A DNA stretch of 51,649 nucleotides, taken from assembly GCA_002269645.1 (NCBI GenBank), contig NIVC01002581.1, forward strand, positions 1 to 51,649. Direction: 5' to 3'. Positions within the stretch are counted from its first letter, which is position 1, and each line of letters starts with the position of its first letter. Origin of the DNA: Macrostomum lignano (lineage: Eukaryota). A program made the position numbers and the translations under genes. Below are positions 51,510-51,649 of the stretch, piece after piece. Below the pieces are notes generated by a model that had not been told where the DNA came from, ran no database searches, and worked only from the letters and a program-made list of their open reading frames with translations.

Positions 51510-51649
51510 CGGGTTTGACTATTGATTGCTTTATTCTTATAAACTGCAGTCTTGAATTGGAATGCGGCCAGTTTTAACTTAATTATGTAGGGCTGGGATT
51601 GAGGACTCAAATGCAGACAGCCTTGTATCCGTTTGGCCTCACCATTCAC

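Overview
Eukaryotic (metazoan) genomic DNA with spliceosomal GT-AG introns. The repeat style, gene content and an FMRFamide/Rho-L-like GPCR suggest a flatworm such as Macrostomum, but this is inference and not established. Host genes: the last exon of a DEG/ENaC channel (+); an 8-exon M14A metallocarboxypeptidase lacking its first exon (-); a 3-exon DHHC palmitoyltransferase (-); a single-exon orphan ORF (-); a 4-exon signal peptide/LRR/Ig/TM receptor (+); an intron-containing tRNA-Tyr(GTA) (-); and an intronless class A GPCR (-). Nine of the 12 introns I could define carry their own, mostly unrelated, tandem repeat. The centre (22255-37935) is a very young Ty3/Gypsy LTR retrotransposon with 831/829-bp LTRs, a CAAC TSD, a tRNA-Gln PBS, and gag, PR-RT-RH and integrase in three different frames. 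An antisense, apparently full-length APE-RT-RNaseH LINE is nested in its gag. That insertion is the oddest structure here: it is flanked by a 522-bp direct duplication of gag and has a 52-nt poly(A) at the LINE's 5' end, which is the 'wrong' end. Also present are a truncated Penelope-like element with inverted pLTRs carrying hammerhead-ribozyme cores, a decayed DD34D mariner, a CORE-SINE-like fragment and a probable hAT-type MITE. All coordinates and alignments were read by eye; no database searches were run.
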